Positions 18,628-30,385 of a DNA stretch of 64,000 nucleotides are shown here, piece by piece. The number at the start of each line of letters is the position of its first letter. The first letter of the stretch is position 1. Source of the DNA: Thermoanaerobaculia bacterium (GTDB taxonomy: Bacteria; Acidobacteriota; Thermoanaerobaculia; Multivoradales; JAGPDF01); the NCBI GenBank assembly GCA_963821905.1, contig CAWGFP010000011.1:378922-442921 (forward strand). Direction: 5' to 3'. The notes below the pieces were generated by a model. It ran no database searches, was not told where the DNA came from, and worked only from the letters and a program-made list of their open reading frames with translations. The translations under genes were made by a program, and so were the position numbers.

Positions 18628-19200
18628 TCAGCTACCCTGACCGTCCCGTAGCCGGTCGTAAAGCCAGGCCCGCGCCGTGCGCCACTGCCGCCCCACGGTG
18701 GCGGTCGAGGAATGGAGCGCTTGCGCCGTCTCCTCGAGCGTCAGCCCGCCGAAGAAGCGCAGCTCGACGAGCGCCGCCGCATCGCGATCGAAGGTCGCGA
18801 GCTCGCGCAACGCCTCGTCCAGCCGCTCGACGTCGAGCGGCACCGATGGCGCCGCCGGTTCCGCGATCAGGTTCAGCGACACCGCCACGGCGTCTCCGCC
18901 GCGCCGCTGCCGGTGACGCCGCCGGGCGTGATCGAGCAGCACCCGGCGCATCACACGCGCTGCGATGGCGAAGAAATGGAGGCGATCGTTCCAGTCGATG
19001 CGCTTCTGATCGAGCAACCTCAGGTAAGCCTCGTGAACCAGCGCGGTCGGCTGCAGCGTGTGGTCCGGCCGCTCGCCGCGCAGCAGCCGCTCGGCGCGCC
19101 GGTGCAGGTCCGGATAGACCAGCCGGATGAGCTCGGCCTCGGCCGCCTCGTCGCCGCCGCGCCAGGCGCGCAGGGCGGCGGTGATGGGGGCGTCGGTCAT
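18628..19200 (-). CDS. ECF-type sigma-70 factor of the kinase-associated kind
   Basis: ATG 19200 (MTDAPITAALRAWRGGDEAAEAELIRLVYPDLHRRAERLLRGERPDHTLQPTALVHEAYLRL...). The longer ORF start at 19245 is encoded by the repeat arm. Region 4 LTLEETAQALHSSTATVGRQWRTARAWL. No anti-sigma gene is adjacent. Confidence 0.85.
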   Translation of the reverse strand: MTDAPITAALRAWRGGDEAAEAELIRLVYPDLHRRAERLLRGERPDHTLQPTALVHEAYLRLLDQKRIDWNDRLHFFAIAARVMRRVLLDHARRRHRQRRGGDAVAVSLNLIAEPAAPSVPLDVERLDEALRELATFDRDAAALVELRFFGGLTLEETAQALHSSTATVGRQWRTARAWLYDRLRDGQGS

Positions 19201-19212
19201 GGTGCGGCCAGT

Positions 19213-19316
19213 GTCATCCTGAGCGAAGCGAAGGATCTGAACCACCCACGCCCCGATTCACCACTGCGGTCGAAGCACCGCGGGTGGTCAAGATCCTTCG
19301 CTACGCTCAGGATGAC
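19213..19316. repeat. Palindromic intergenic element, family A, copy 3
   Basis: Arms gtcatcctgagcgaagcgaaggatctgaa / tcaagatccttcgctacgctcaggatgac, with a self-complementary variable core. It sits 12 nt upstream of the ECF sigma start and 19 nt downstream of the gap stop. Confidence 0.9.
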
Positions 19317-19335
19317 AACACATGCCACGGCATCA

Positions 19336-21361
<2,026 letters not shown>

Positions 21362-21391
21362 GCGGCAGTTCTACCACAGCGAGAAAACGAG

Positions 21392-24217
21392 TCACGGCTG
21401 GTAGAGCTCCAACTCGAACGCACGGACCAGCCACAGCGCGAGCAGGCCCCGCGTGACGGGCCCCGTGGCGCAGAAACGATTGACTCCGCAGGGTGCGGCG
21501 ATACCGCGGGTTGCCACCTGCTCGGCCCAGGGCGAGAGAGGGGCCGCGACGTCGGTGAAGGATCCCGCGGCGGCCGGAGGAACGTAAGCCGGGCCCTCGA
21601 GCGCAGTCAGGAGGTACTTCGCCAACTCGGCGCGCCGCACCGGATTCTCCGGGCAGGCACGCCAGTCGCCGCAGCCGGTGAAGACGGCGCGCTCGAACAG
21701 CTCTTCGAGCCAGGCAGCGTAGGGATTCGCGGCCGCGACGTCGGCGAAGAGACCGAGCCCGGCGCCGGGATCGAAGCCGCCGCCGAGCTTGGCGCGCAAC
21801 AGCAGTCGCGGCAGCTCGCGGCGCGAGACCGGCGCGTCGGGACAGAAGCGGCCGGCGGCGCAGCCTGACGACATGCCGTGGTGATAGAGGGTTTCGATCG
21901 CGCGATACGCGGCATGCCCGCTCGGGACGTCGCTGAAGCTCGAGCCGATGTGAACGCTCCAGCTCTTCGCGGCTCCGGTCGACAACGCTTCGGCGGCGGT
22001 GGCGTCGAGATGGCCGGCCGGCCTCGCCCCCGAGGTCACGACCGCGTACCCATCCGCGGCGTTGCCGTTCTGACCCGCGAGAACAGTCCCGTAGTTTGCG
22101 GTGGGATCGGGCCGCGCGTAGCCCGGTCCGACCGGTCCGCTGAAGGACGTCACCTCGCCGGTGAAGGCGACCGGCCCGCCCGACAGGTTTCTCCAGGTGG
22201 GAACGAGCGACGCCTGCTCGGCGAAGTCCAGGACGCCGTTGGCGGCGCCGTCCACGGTCAGTCCCACCGGCGCGAGTCCGGCCGCCGGCGCGACGACCAA
22301 TCGGTACACTCGCTCGCGCCGGCAACCGCGGCCGTCCTCGACCGCAAGATACAGGCGATAGTCGCCCGCCACGTTGGGCGTGCCGCTCAACTGATTGGCC
22401 GCGAAGCCAAGACCGCCCGGCAGCGGGCTCTCGAAGGCGAGCGTCAAGCCGCCGCTACCGCCGCTCGCCGACAGCGCTTGCGCATAGGGAACGCCCGTCC
22501 GGGCGTCGGGGAGTGTGGCGGGAGACAGCGAGATGCTGGTGCAGTCCCGCCCGGCGAGGGGCGCCACGAAGAGCGTGATGCTTTGGGCAGGGACGCTGGT
22601 CGTCAGGACGTTGTTGCCGGCGAGCGCCAGGTCCGCGGGCTGCACGATCTCGTCGTCGGCCGCCGACAGCCGCCACACTTCGACCGGACCGGCCGCCGGG
22701 AAACTCCCGAGATCGATGGTCACCGGGGTGTTCTGGGTGAGTGATTTGGCGACCGCGATCACGGTCAAGGCGCCATCGGAGCTGCGCTGCGCCGCGAAGG
22801 CCGCGAAGCGATCGGGGTCCTCGCCGGCGACCGCCACGCTGGCATCGCCGAAAGTCGACATCTCGCCGTCGTAGTTGCGGTACATCTGCATCGAGCGAAA
22901 TACCGGGCTACCGTCCTCCGGCGTCGTCCAGCGGGTGGCGATGTCGAGGCCCTCGCGACCCAGAATGCCGAGGATGTCGGCCTGCGCCGTGGCGCCGTTC
23001 ATGTGCCCTTCGGCGCCCCAGTTGTACTCGGTGAGGCCGAGCAGGAGCCCGGGGTAGTGATCGTCGCGCCAGGCGCGCATGCGCGGCAGGAGCTTCACCT
23101 GCGTAGCGATCCAGCTCTCGTCGACGTAGGCAGGATCCCAGAGCGAGCGCGTCGAGCGGTTGCGGCGCAGCTGCATCGGGTTGCTGACGTCGTTCGGCGG
23201 CCAGAACTCGCCGCCCTGCGGGTAGTAGTGGAGCGCGAAGACGTCGAGCACGCGAACCCCGGTCGCGAGCTCGTGCTGGCGCAGCTCGCCCAGCAACCAC
23301 GGCATGTAGTCCTGGCCGGCGTGGGCGTCGCGATCCGGGTGCAAGTGCCAGCCATGGAGCGCGCCGTACTGCTGGTCGTAGCCGGAGAGCAGGTAGCCGC
23401 TCCAGCCCCATTCCTCCGGACCGACGATGGCCGCCCCGGGATCGGTCTGCCGGATGCGCGTCCCGAGGTTGATCATCCGATCGCGCATGTCCTCCATCGT
23501 CGCGCCCGTCTTCTGCACGTCTCGATGGGTGCCGAACCAGATGCTCGGCTCGTTGTCGAGCAAGTAGTACTTGAGGCCGCCGCTCGCGGCGGGTCCCCAG
23601 GTGGCCTTGAGGTGGTTGAGCCAGCCCTGCTGGAACGCAGGTCCCACTTGAACGCTGGCGTCGGTGGGATCGTTGGTCGTGATCTCGGTGCCGTTGGGAG
23701 ACTTGCCGTTGCCGCAGTCCTCGAACCACTCCCAGTCGTTGGCTTCCTGATCGCCGTACTTGTCGATCGAGAAGCTGCACAGCCGCTCCCGGTTCGGGCC
23801 CAGCTTGGCCAGCCAATCGAGCATCGGGATGGTCAGCATGGGCTCGGCGCCGCCGGCCCGCGAATCCTCGATGAAATCGTCGCCCTCGGCGCCGGGAACG
23901 GCGCTCGCCTTCTCCAGGCTCTCGAAGAACCAGTCGAAGCCGCGGTTGTCGGCGTTGAGCTGCCAGTTGTAGCGGCTGGTTGGATTGCCGCCGTGGCGGT
24001 TGAGCGGCGCGTTGAGCGCCTGCAGCGCTGCGACCTCGCCCCACGCGACGCCGTAGATGAGCGGCGAGATGAGATGGCGCTCGCTCGCCACGTCGACGGT
24101 GAGCGCGATGGGCGGATTGTCCGCCCGCAGGCTCGCAGCCGACGCCAGCGCACAAAGTGCAAGGCGCGCGACGGAACGGTGCACGATGGGCACGAAGCGT
24201 AGCAGCGGCCGCGCCAT
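21392..24217 (-). CDS. Glycoside hydrolase family 44-like enzyme with Ig-like region and three C-terminal SLH domains
   Basis: ATG 24217 (MARPLLRFVPIVHRSVARLALCALASAASLRA), giving 942 codons. Motifs NRHGGNPTSRYNWQ, YYLLDNEPSIW and LTEYNWG. C-terminal FSDVPSGHAAYRAIETLYHHGMSSGCAAGRFCPDAPVSRRE, FADVAAANPYAAWLEELFERAVFTGCGDWRACPENPVRRAE and FTDVAAPLSPWAEQVATRGIAAPCGVNRFCATGPVTRG. Confidence 0.85.
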   Translation of the reverse strand: MARPLLRFVPIVHRSVARLALCALASAASLRADNPPIALTVDVASERHLISPLIYGVAWGEVAALQALNAPLNRHGGNPTSRYNWQLNADNRGFDWFFESLEKASAVPGAEGDDFIEDSRAGGAEPMLTIPMLDWLAKLGPNRERLCSFSIDKYGDQEANDWEWFEDCGNGKSPNGTEITTNDPTDASVQVGPAFQQGWLNHLKATWGPAASGGLKYYLLDNEPSIWFGTHRDVQKTGATMEDMRDRMINLGTRIRQTDPGAAIVGPEEWGWSGYLLSGYDQQYGALHGWHLHPDRDAHAGQDYMPWLLGELRQHELATGVRVLDVFALHYYPQGGEFWPPNDVSNPMQLRRNRSTRSLWDPAYVDESWIATQVKLLPRMRAWRDDHYPGLLLGLTEYNWGAEGHMNGATAQADILGILGREGLDIATRWTTPEDGSPVFRSMQMYRNYDGEMSTFGDASVAVAGEDPDRFAAFAAQRSSDGALTVIAVAKSLTQNTPVTIDLGSFPAAGPVEVWRLSAADDEIVQPADLALAGNNVLTTSVPAQSITLFVAPLAGRDCTSISLSPATLPDARTGVPYAQALSASGGSGGLTLAFESPLPGGLGFAANQLSGTPNVAGDYRLYLAVEDGRGCRRERVYRLVVAPAAGLAPVGLTVDGAANGVLDFAEQASLVPTWRNLSGGPVAFTGEVTSFSGPVGPGYARPDPTANYGTVLAGQNGNAADGYAVVTSGARPAGHLDATAAEALSTGAAKSWSVHIGSSFSDVPSGHAAYRAIETLYHHGMSSGCAAGRFCPDAPVSRRELPRLLLRAKLGGGFDPGAGLGLFADVAAANPYAAWLEELFERAVFTGCGDWRACPENPVRRAELAKYLLTALEGPAYVPPAAAGSFTDVAAPLSPWAEQVATRGIAAPCGVNRFCATGPVTRGLLALWLVRAFELELYQP

Positions 24218-24361
24218 CCGAACTGTGACGCCTGGCACAACACTTTCGGCGGTGCGATGCAAGACCCCTCCCGCGTTCGAACGGCGTAACGCCCTAGCCA
24301 GTTCTAGCGTCGTCCGGCTTCCTTGGCTTTCAGAGCGCCGCCGGCGAGCTAGCATGTCGCT

Positions 24362-25882
24362 GTGCCGCCCGCGAATCGCCGCCTGCTGCTCGGCTCGCTC
24401 GCCGTGTTCTGGCTGGTGCTCGCCGGCGCGACGGCGTTCCGTGTGCAAGGGCGGGCGGTCGACGACGTCTTCATCACTTACCGCTACGCCCAGAACCTCG
24501 CCTCCGGCAACGGCTTCGTGTTCAATCGCGGCGAGCGCGTCTTCGGCGTCACCGAGCCAGCGGTCGGGCTCGTGCTCGGCGCTGCCGCGTGGGCGTCCGG
24601 GGCCGCCATCCCGGCTCTCGGCACCGCCTTCACGGCGCTGGTGCTCCTGGCGCTGGCTGCGGCCTTCCTGCGCGAGGCCGCGGCCCGCGGTGCGACTCTC
24701 GAGGGCGCTCTCACCGGCACCTTGCTCCTGGCCACCGGACTGCATTGGGCTACCCAGGGCGCCGCCGCCCCGGCGGTCCTCCTCCTCCTGATGACCGCCG
24801 CGCGCCTGGTTGCCTCGCGTCCGGCCGTGGCCGGCGTGCTCGCGGCGCTCGCGGTCGCCTTCCGCCCCGATGCGCTGGTCGGCGTCGGCATCCTGGGACT
24901 CCTCCATTGGCGTCAACAGCGGCGGCTGCCCTGGCGCTTCGCGATCGCCGGAATGAGCGCGATCGCCGCGGTGGCGACGCTGGCGTGGCTTTGGTTCGGT
25001 GCCCTCGTGCCGCAGACCCTGCTCGCCAAGCAATACCACGCGGCGCGCAATCCCGGCTCCTGGATCGGTTTCGCCAACTTCTGGGGCTTCGCTCTCGACG
25101 GCCTCAGCCGCTCGGCGGGTCCATTGGCGATCGTCGTGCCGTGGACGATCGCTCTCGGGTTGCTCGGCGCGCTGGCGGCGCTTCGGCGGGCCACGCTCGC
25201 CGAGCAGGTGGTGGCTCTCGACGGCCTGGCGCTGCTCGCGATCTATCCGCTCTTGCGAGTCCCTTTCTTCGGCTGGTACGCCATTCCGCCGCTGGTCGCG
25301 GCGCTTTGGGGTCTGGCTCAAACCGCCGGCGGCCTTCGCCGCTGGCAAGCAAGCGGCCGCCGCGCTCGCGTCGCCGCCGTTTCGGGGGCGGCGGCCGCGC
25401 TACTTTGCGTGGCGTGGCTCGGGGGCTTCGCGGTGTGGCTTCGCCGCGAGCGTCCCGAATGGCGGTGGATCGTCTATCGCGAGGCCGGCGAATGGCTGCG
25501 CACGCATTCCGCCGCCGAGGCCGACCTGGCCTTTCACGAAGTCGGGATGCTGGCGTTCAGCTCGCAGCGCACCGTGGAGGACCTGCTCGGCCTGGTGACG
25601 CCGCGTTCGCTGCCCTATGCCAGGGAGGGCGATGTCGTCGGCGCGTTCGTGGCCAAGCCCACGCGCTATTTCGTCGCCCATCCCTTCGCCGACGGCGGGG
25701 CCATCCGGGCGATCGCGACGCGCGACTGGTTTCGCGACGGCTACCGCGAGGTGGCGCGGTTCGACCACCCCGAGCTCGGCGGCTGGATCGCCATCTTCGA
25801 GCGCCAAAATGGGGCGGTTCTGCCGCCGCGGGCACCGCCGCGGCCGCTGCGGCAACTACCGCTCGCGCCGCCGGTGCCGTGA
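24362..25882 (+). CDS. Polytopic membrane protein, GT-C-fold glycosyltransferase-like (ArnT/PMT-like)
   Basis: Intact 506-aa ORF with a GTG start. N-terminal TM segment then VDDVFITYRYAQNLASGNGFVFN loop motif. About 10 further hydrophobic segments and a soluble C-terminal domain. Confidence 0.7.
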   Translation: MPPANRRLLLGSLAVFWLVLAGATAFRVQGRAVDDVFITYRYAQNLASGNGFVFNRGERVFGVTEPAVGLVLGAAAWASGAAIPALGTAFTALVLLALAAAFLREAAARGATLEGALTGTLLLATGLHWATQGAAAPAVLLLLMTAARLVASRPAVAGVLAALAVAFRPDALVGVGILGLLHWRQQRRLPWRFAIAGMSAIAAVATLAWLWFGALVPQTLLAKQYHAARNPGSWIGFANFWGFALDGLSRSAGPLAIVVPWTIALGLLGALAALRRATLAEQVVALDGLALLAIYPLLRVPFFGWYAIPPLVAALWGLAQTAGGLRRWQASGRRARVAAVSGAAAALLCVAWLGGFAVWLRRERPEWRWIVYREAGEWLRTHSAAEADLAFHEVGMLAFSSQRTVEDLLGLVTPRSLPYAREGDVVGAFVAKPTRYFVAHPFADGGAIRAIATRDWFRDGYREVARFDHPELGGWIAIFERQNGAVLPPRAPPRPLRQLPLAPPVP

Positions 25883-27392
25883 GAGAGGCGGCGGGCCCGC
25901 GCTCGTCCGCCCGCTGCGCACCGCCGCCCGGCGCAGCGCGGCGCCGAGCTCCTGCGTGAAGTGATGCTTGCCGGCGCGCCATGCCCAGTCCGAGGAGGGT
26001 GCGCCGGGGGTGTTCATCCGCGCCTCGCTGCCCAGACCCAGCGCATCCTGCAGCGGTACGACCGCCAGATCGGCGACCGAGTTGTAGGCCGCCCGCACCA
26101 ACCGCACCGCGATCGGCTCGCCGTGGCCGAGGTAGTCGTCCACGTCGCGACGCTCCGCTTCACCGAGCGTCGCATACCAGCCCACCGCAGTGTCGTTGTC
26201 GTGCGTGCCGCTGTAGGCCACCGCCCGGGCCACGTGGCGATGCGGGGCGTGCGGTGAATCGTCCTCGCCGAAAGCGAACTGCAGCACCTTCATCCCCGGG
26301 AAGCTCGAGCTCGTCGCGCAGGGCGTCGACTTCCGGCGTGATGACCCCGAGATCCTCGGCGACCAGCGGCAGCTGCGCGCCGAGCTCGGCGGCGAGCGCG
26401 TCGAAGAGCGCGCGGCCCGGCCCCGGAACCCAGCGGCCGCGCACCGCCGTCGGCTCCTCCGCCGGCACCTCCCAGTAGGCAACGAAGCCGCGGAAGTGAT
26501 CCAGCCGCACCCAGTCGGCGCGCTCGAGATTGGCGCGTAGGCGATCGCACCACCAGCGGTATCCCTCCCCGGCGAGGCGCTCCCAGTGGTAGAGCGGATT
26601 TCCCCACCGCTGGCCTGTCGGGGAGAAGTAGTCGGGCGGGACGCCGGCAACCACCGTCGGCTGGCCGTCGGAGTCGAGCTGGAAGAGCTCGCGCCGTGCC
26701 CAGACGTCGGCAGAATCGTGGGCGACGTAGATCGGCACGTCGCCGAGGATCTGGATGCCGCGCCGGTGCGCGCTGTCGCGCAGCTCCTGCCATTGACGGG
26801 CGAAGACGAACTGCACGAAGCGGTGATAGGCGCGCTCCTCCTCGAGCTCACGCGCCGCCTGGGCCAGCGCTTCGGGCTCGCGGTCGCGCAGCGCCTCGGG
26901 CCAACCGGTCCAGCTCACCCGTTGATGGCGCTCCTTGAGCGCGCTGTAGAGGGCCCAATCCTCGAGCCAGGGCTGCTGCGCCGGCGCGCTCTCCCACTCG
27001 CTCAGGGCGTGGCGCAGGCGGCGCGGTGCGTGCTGCAGGTGGGTGTGCGCGGCGCGCAGCAGCTTTTCCTTCCACGCCGCGGCGCGCTCGAAATCCACCT
27101 TGCCGTCGACGAACGGCGGCCGCTCGGCGAGCGCAGGGCGAGGAATGAGGCCCGCGTCGCGCATTTTCTCCGGCGAGATGAGCAACGGGTTGCCGGCGAA
27201 GGCCGAGGTCGCCCCGTAGGGCGAGTTGCCGTAGCCGGTCGGCCCGAGCGGCAGCACCTGCCAGACGCCGAATCCGGCGCCCGCCGCCCAATCGAGAAAC
27301 GCCTCCGCCGGCGCGCCGAGATCGCCGATTCCGTGCGGTCCCGGAAGGGACGTCGGATGGAGGAGCAGACCTGCGGCGCGCGGTAGCGACAT
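25856..27392 (-). CDS. malQ: 4-alpha-glucanotransferase (GH77); one frame disruption near 26.29 kb
   Basis: MSLPRAAGLLLHPTSLPGPHGIGDLG...GNSPYGATSAFAGNPLLISPE...VRLDHFRGFVAYWEVP (ORF 26160..27392). It continues as MKVLQFAFGEDDSPHAPH...YSGTHDNDT...VPLQDALGLGSEARMNTPG (ORF 25856..26851). Confidence 0.9.
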
Positions 27393-27427
27393 GCGGCGGA
27401 TCTTACGCCTGCGCTACCATCCCCGCC

Positions 27428-28411
27428 GTGTTGCGCCGCCTGCTTCGCATCACCGCCGCCCTGGCGCTCGTCGCGCTCTGCGCATTCGCCCTCGCCTTGC
27501 GCGGCGGGTCGGAGCGCGCGCTTTCCTGGCGAGCGCATCTGCGATCGCTGATCGCCGACCGCGACGCGGACCTGCGCAACAACCTGCTGCGCGACAGCGG
27601 CGATCCCTTCGCGCTGCGCCGGCGGCTGCTCGCGGCACCAGCTGCCGGCGCCGACCGCGAGACTTGGCACGCCTTTGCCGCGGCCGCGGCAGCACCCCGG
27701 CCGGATTACGCCGTGATCGATGCGACGCTCGAAGGACTGGAAGCGCTCAACGCGCCGCGCGGTGGACGCGACGCTTATCGCTATCTCGCGCTTTGGAGCT
27801 TCTGGCAGCGCAACCGCAGCGGCAGCGCGGCGGTGATGCTCGCCGGCCTGCAGGCCAGCGGACTGCCGGCGGCGACTGCGGCGGCCACGCTCGCTGCCAC
27901 CGCCGGAGCGGACGGCGAGGTTCAGCTCGCGGTGCCCGGTCAGCTGCGTTCGGCCAGCGCCGGCGGACGGCTGCGCTATCGCCTGCGCCGCATTCAGCCC
28001 CTCAACACGCGCCGGATGGCGGTGTCGTTCGACATCGTGCTCGGCGCGCCGCTGGCCGCCCGGACACCGGCCATCACCTTCTCCGCCGCCGGCGAGGAGT
28101 TTCTCTCCCTGGCCCTCCTGCCCGCGGGCGAGAGCGAGCTCACCACGCCGCGCGCCGTCGTCCGCGGCCCGGCCCCGTGGCGGCAGTCCGGCCGCCATCG
28201 CGTGTTGCTGGTCTGGGATGCCGTCGAGGAGGAGGCAACGCTCGGCGTTCTCGGGGGAAACGAGTCGATGCGGGTCCGAGCGCCTGGCGCGATCGCGCCG
28301 CTCGAACCGCCATCCGAGATCGAGCTGCGATTCGAGGCCCCGGGATCGGCGGAGTTCATGGAACTTGTGGTGGCCACCGCGCCGCGGGGAACGTCAGAGA
28401 CCGAACCATGA
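27428..28411 (+). CDS. Hypothetical membrane-anchored protein
   Basis: Intact 327-aa ORF. N-terminal anchor LLRITAALALVALCAFALAL. It is the only frame here without Arg/Pro-rich nonsense composition. I recognise no motif. Confidence 0.5.
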   Translation: MLRRLLRITAALALVALCAFALALRGGSERALSWRAHLRSLIADRDADLRNNLLRDSGDPFALRRRLLAAPAAGADRETWHAFAAAAAAPRPDYAVIDATLEGLEALNAPRGGRDAYRYLALWSFWQRNRSGSAAVMLAGLQASGLPAATAAATLAATAGADGEVQLAVPGQLRSASAGGRLRYRLRRIQPLNTRRMAVSFDIVLGAPLAARTPAITFSAAGEEFLSLALLPAGESELTTPRAVVRGPAPWRQSGRHRVLLVWDAVEEEATLGVLGGNESMRVRAPGAIAPLEPPSEIELRFEAPGSAEFMELVVATAPRGTSETEP

Positions 28412-28427
28412 GGCGGTCTCTCCCGAT

Positions 28428-28513
28428 GTCATCCTGAGCGAAGCGAAGGATCTGGGGGCGGAAGGCCCGTGAGCAAGCCCCCCGCCCAGATCCTTCGCTA
28501 CGCTCAGGATGAC
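28428..28513. repeat. Palindromic intergenic element, family A, copy 4
   Basis: Arms gtcatcctgagcgaagcgaaggatctggg / cccagatccttcgctacgctcaggatgac, with core ggcggaaggcccgtgagcaagccccccgc. It lies between convergent genes. Confidence 0.9.
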
Positions 28514-28533
28514 AAGCGGGACGTTCTCGCAGC

Positions 28534-29840
28534 CTAGCTGCCGGATCTCTCCACTGGCGTGAGCACAGAGAACACCTCCCGCGGCCCCAACCCGAGCCAA
28601 GGATCGTCCGGGCTCGAGAGAAACAGCTCCTCGTAGACCCGCCGGTTGAGATCGCCCCACGCCGCGGGCTCGCGCGCCGCCGCGAACCAGCGGTGTACCT
28701 GCGCATGCAGCCGCACCTCGTTGCGCACCGTGTCCACCGCCATCGCCGCTTCGAAGCGGCGAATCGCCTCGTCGAGATCGGGTACCGTCCAGGGTGCGTT
28801 GGCGGCCGCGATCGCGCGGCAGGCAGCGGCGCAGTCGGCCCGCCAGTGTCCCAGCCGAGCGAGCGCTGCGACATCGAGCAGCTCCGCGCGCTCGCGGTCG
28901 CGCGTCGAATGTCGCTTCGAGCAGCGGCACCTCCACCCACGCCTTGGTGGCCGTGGCCGCGGAGGCGTCGACCGCCGTTGGCGCCGGAGGACTGGGTAGC
29001 GACTGGGCTATCGCCGCCGCGACCACGAGCTTCGGTTGCTCGACACTGAGCGTCGAGAGGTCGCGCAGGAGCGTCGTCTCGAGATCGCCGAGCGCGGCGT
29101 GATGGTAAGGCGCGCAGTCGGCGGGCGAGCTCGCGGTCGTCGTAACCGGCGGCCGCGCGGGAGAGCGGCGCGGCGCTCTCGAGCCAGCGCCGGAAGGCGC
29201 TCGGCGAGTAGAGACCCGGCAGGACATCGATCGGCCGGCCGCGGCTGTCGAGCAGGTAATGGGCGCTGTTGCCGGTCACCGTCCCTTCGAGCCGGCGCCC
29301 ATCGCCGAAGTCGATGCTGACGCGCGGCACCGGACGCTCGCTCGACCAGTGCAGGACGGCGTTGTCACGCAGCCATGTGGAGACCGCGGGATCGGAGTAC
29401 AACGCCACGCGGAAGTAGCGGCTGTTGGCGCAGCTCTGCTCCTCGTCGAGCCGGCCGAGGAGCCGCAGCGAAACGATCGGCACGCCACGGCGAGCCGCCT
29501 CCGCCTTCGCTGCCGCGAGATCGGTGTACCAGTAGAGCCGCGAAGCCGCGCAGTGGCGTTGGGCGCAGATGCGGTCGAGAGCGGCGGACGCCTGGGGTCC
29601 GAGTGTGGCGTCCTGGCCCAGGGCCGCCGCGTCCAGGAACGCGGACAGCCCACCTGGCCCTGCTTCTCTCAGCCGGGCGATCGCGTGCTGGTCGCCGGCC
29701 AGCGCTCGTTCGGCTTCGCCGGCGAGGCTCACGGCGCGGCCGGCGGCCGTGGAGGCGTGAGGCCCGGCGGTCAGCGCGAGGCCGCAGAGAACGACTCGAA
29801 ACGCGGATCTACGGCGGCGCAGGCTGTGTGGCTGGCTCAC
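28534..29840 (-). CDS. Exported hypothetical protein; about three frame disruptions
   Basis: MSQPHSLRRRRSAFRVVLCGLALTAG...YWYTDLAAAKAEAARRGVPIVSLRLLGRLDEEQSCANSRYF... (ORF 28356..29840). Continues ADCAPYHHAALGDLETTLLRDLSTLSVEQPKLVVAAAIAQ (ORF 28394..29227). Ends MAVDTVRNEVRLHAQVHRWF...LTPVERSGS (ORF 28534..28743). Confidence 0.55.
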
Positions 29841-29888
29841 GAGGCACCCCCTCGCTCGCCTTGGAAAGCAAAGCGCCTGCCCGCCGCG

Positions 29889-30359
29889 CTAGGGCTTCGC
29901 CGCCACCGCGCTCGCGAGCTCGGTAGCCAATTTCTTGGTGCGCGCCGGATCCTCGACGTTCCACACCCCGATGCTGACCACGGCGAGCTCGCCACCACGA
30001 AGCGCCTTCTCGAGCGCAATCTCGTTGCGCTGTGGCCGATAGAATCCGGTCTCGCCGAGCGCCGGAATGTCGTCCACGGGCTCGCCCTGCTCGACCAGGT
30101 GCTGCCGCAAGCTGGCCAGCCGGCGGCCCTCCGCCCCGGCGACGAAAACCTGCACCTGACGAGACCCTTCCTTCTCCTCGTAGAACACCACTCCCGGCTC
30201 GACCGTCCGCGGCTCGAACTTGCCGCCCATGATCTTTTCGACCTCCGCGGTGGAGAGAAACTCTCCGGGCTCGGGAAGCGCCACGGCGACCGCGGCGAGC
30301 AGGAATGCGCCACCGGCCAAAGCGATCCAGCGGGGAATGCGAACTGGGCTGCGGGTCAT
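29889..30359 (-). CDS. Small exported hypothetical protein
   Basis: GGAGG 5 nt upstream of ATG 30359 (MTRSPVRIPRWIALAGGAFLLAAVAVA). Part of ORF 29889..30380. Confidence 0.6.
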   Translation of the reverse strand: MTRSPVRIPRWIALAGGAFLLAAVAVALPEPGEFLSTAEVEKIMGGKFEPRTVEPGVVFYEEKEGSRQVQVFVAGAEGRRLASLRQHLVEQGEPVDDIPALGETGFYRPQRNEIALEKALRGGELAVVSIGVWNVEDPARTKKLATELASAVAAKP

Positions 30360-30385
30360 GACGCCTCCGAGGTTGTGCAAGCTGG

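Noticed and set aside
19201-19245. Repeat-encoded N-terminal extensions and tiny ORFs. Examples: MVQILRFAQDD... at 19245, the ATG at 10941, [16 protein letters not shown] at 58789, and the VILSEAKDL/HPERSEGS peptides.
   Set aside because: The start codons lie inside palindrome arms, and the same peptides recur wherever the element occurs. Better starts with an RBS or signal peptide exist downstream (19200, 11007, 58858).
24218-25348. N-terminal 377 codons of the 1318-aa ORF 21392..25348.
   Set aside because: The GH44 protein has a good start and signal peptide at 24217. The extension reads antisense through the GT-C membrane-protein gene and is Arg/Gly-rich nonsense.
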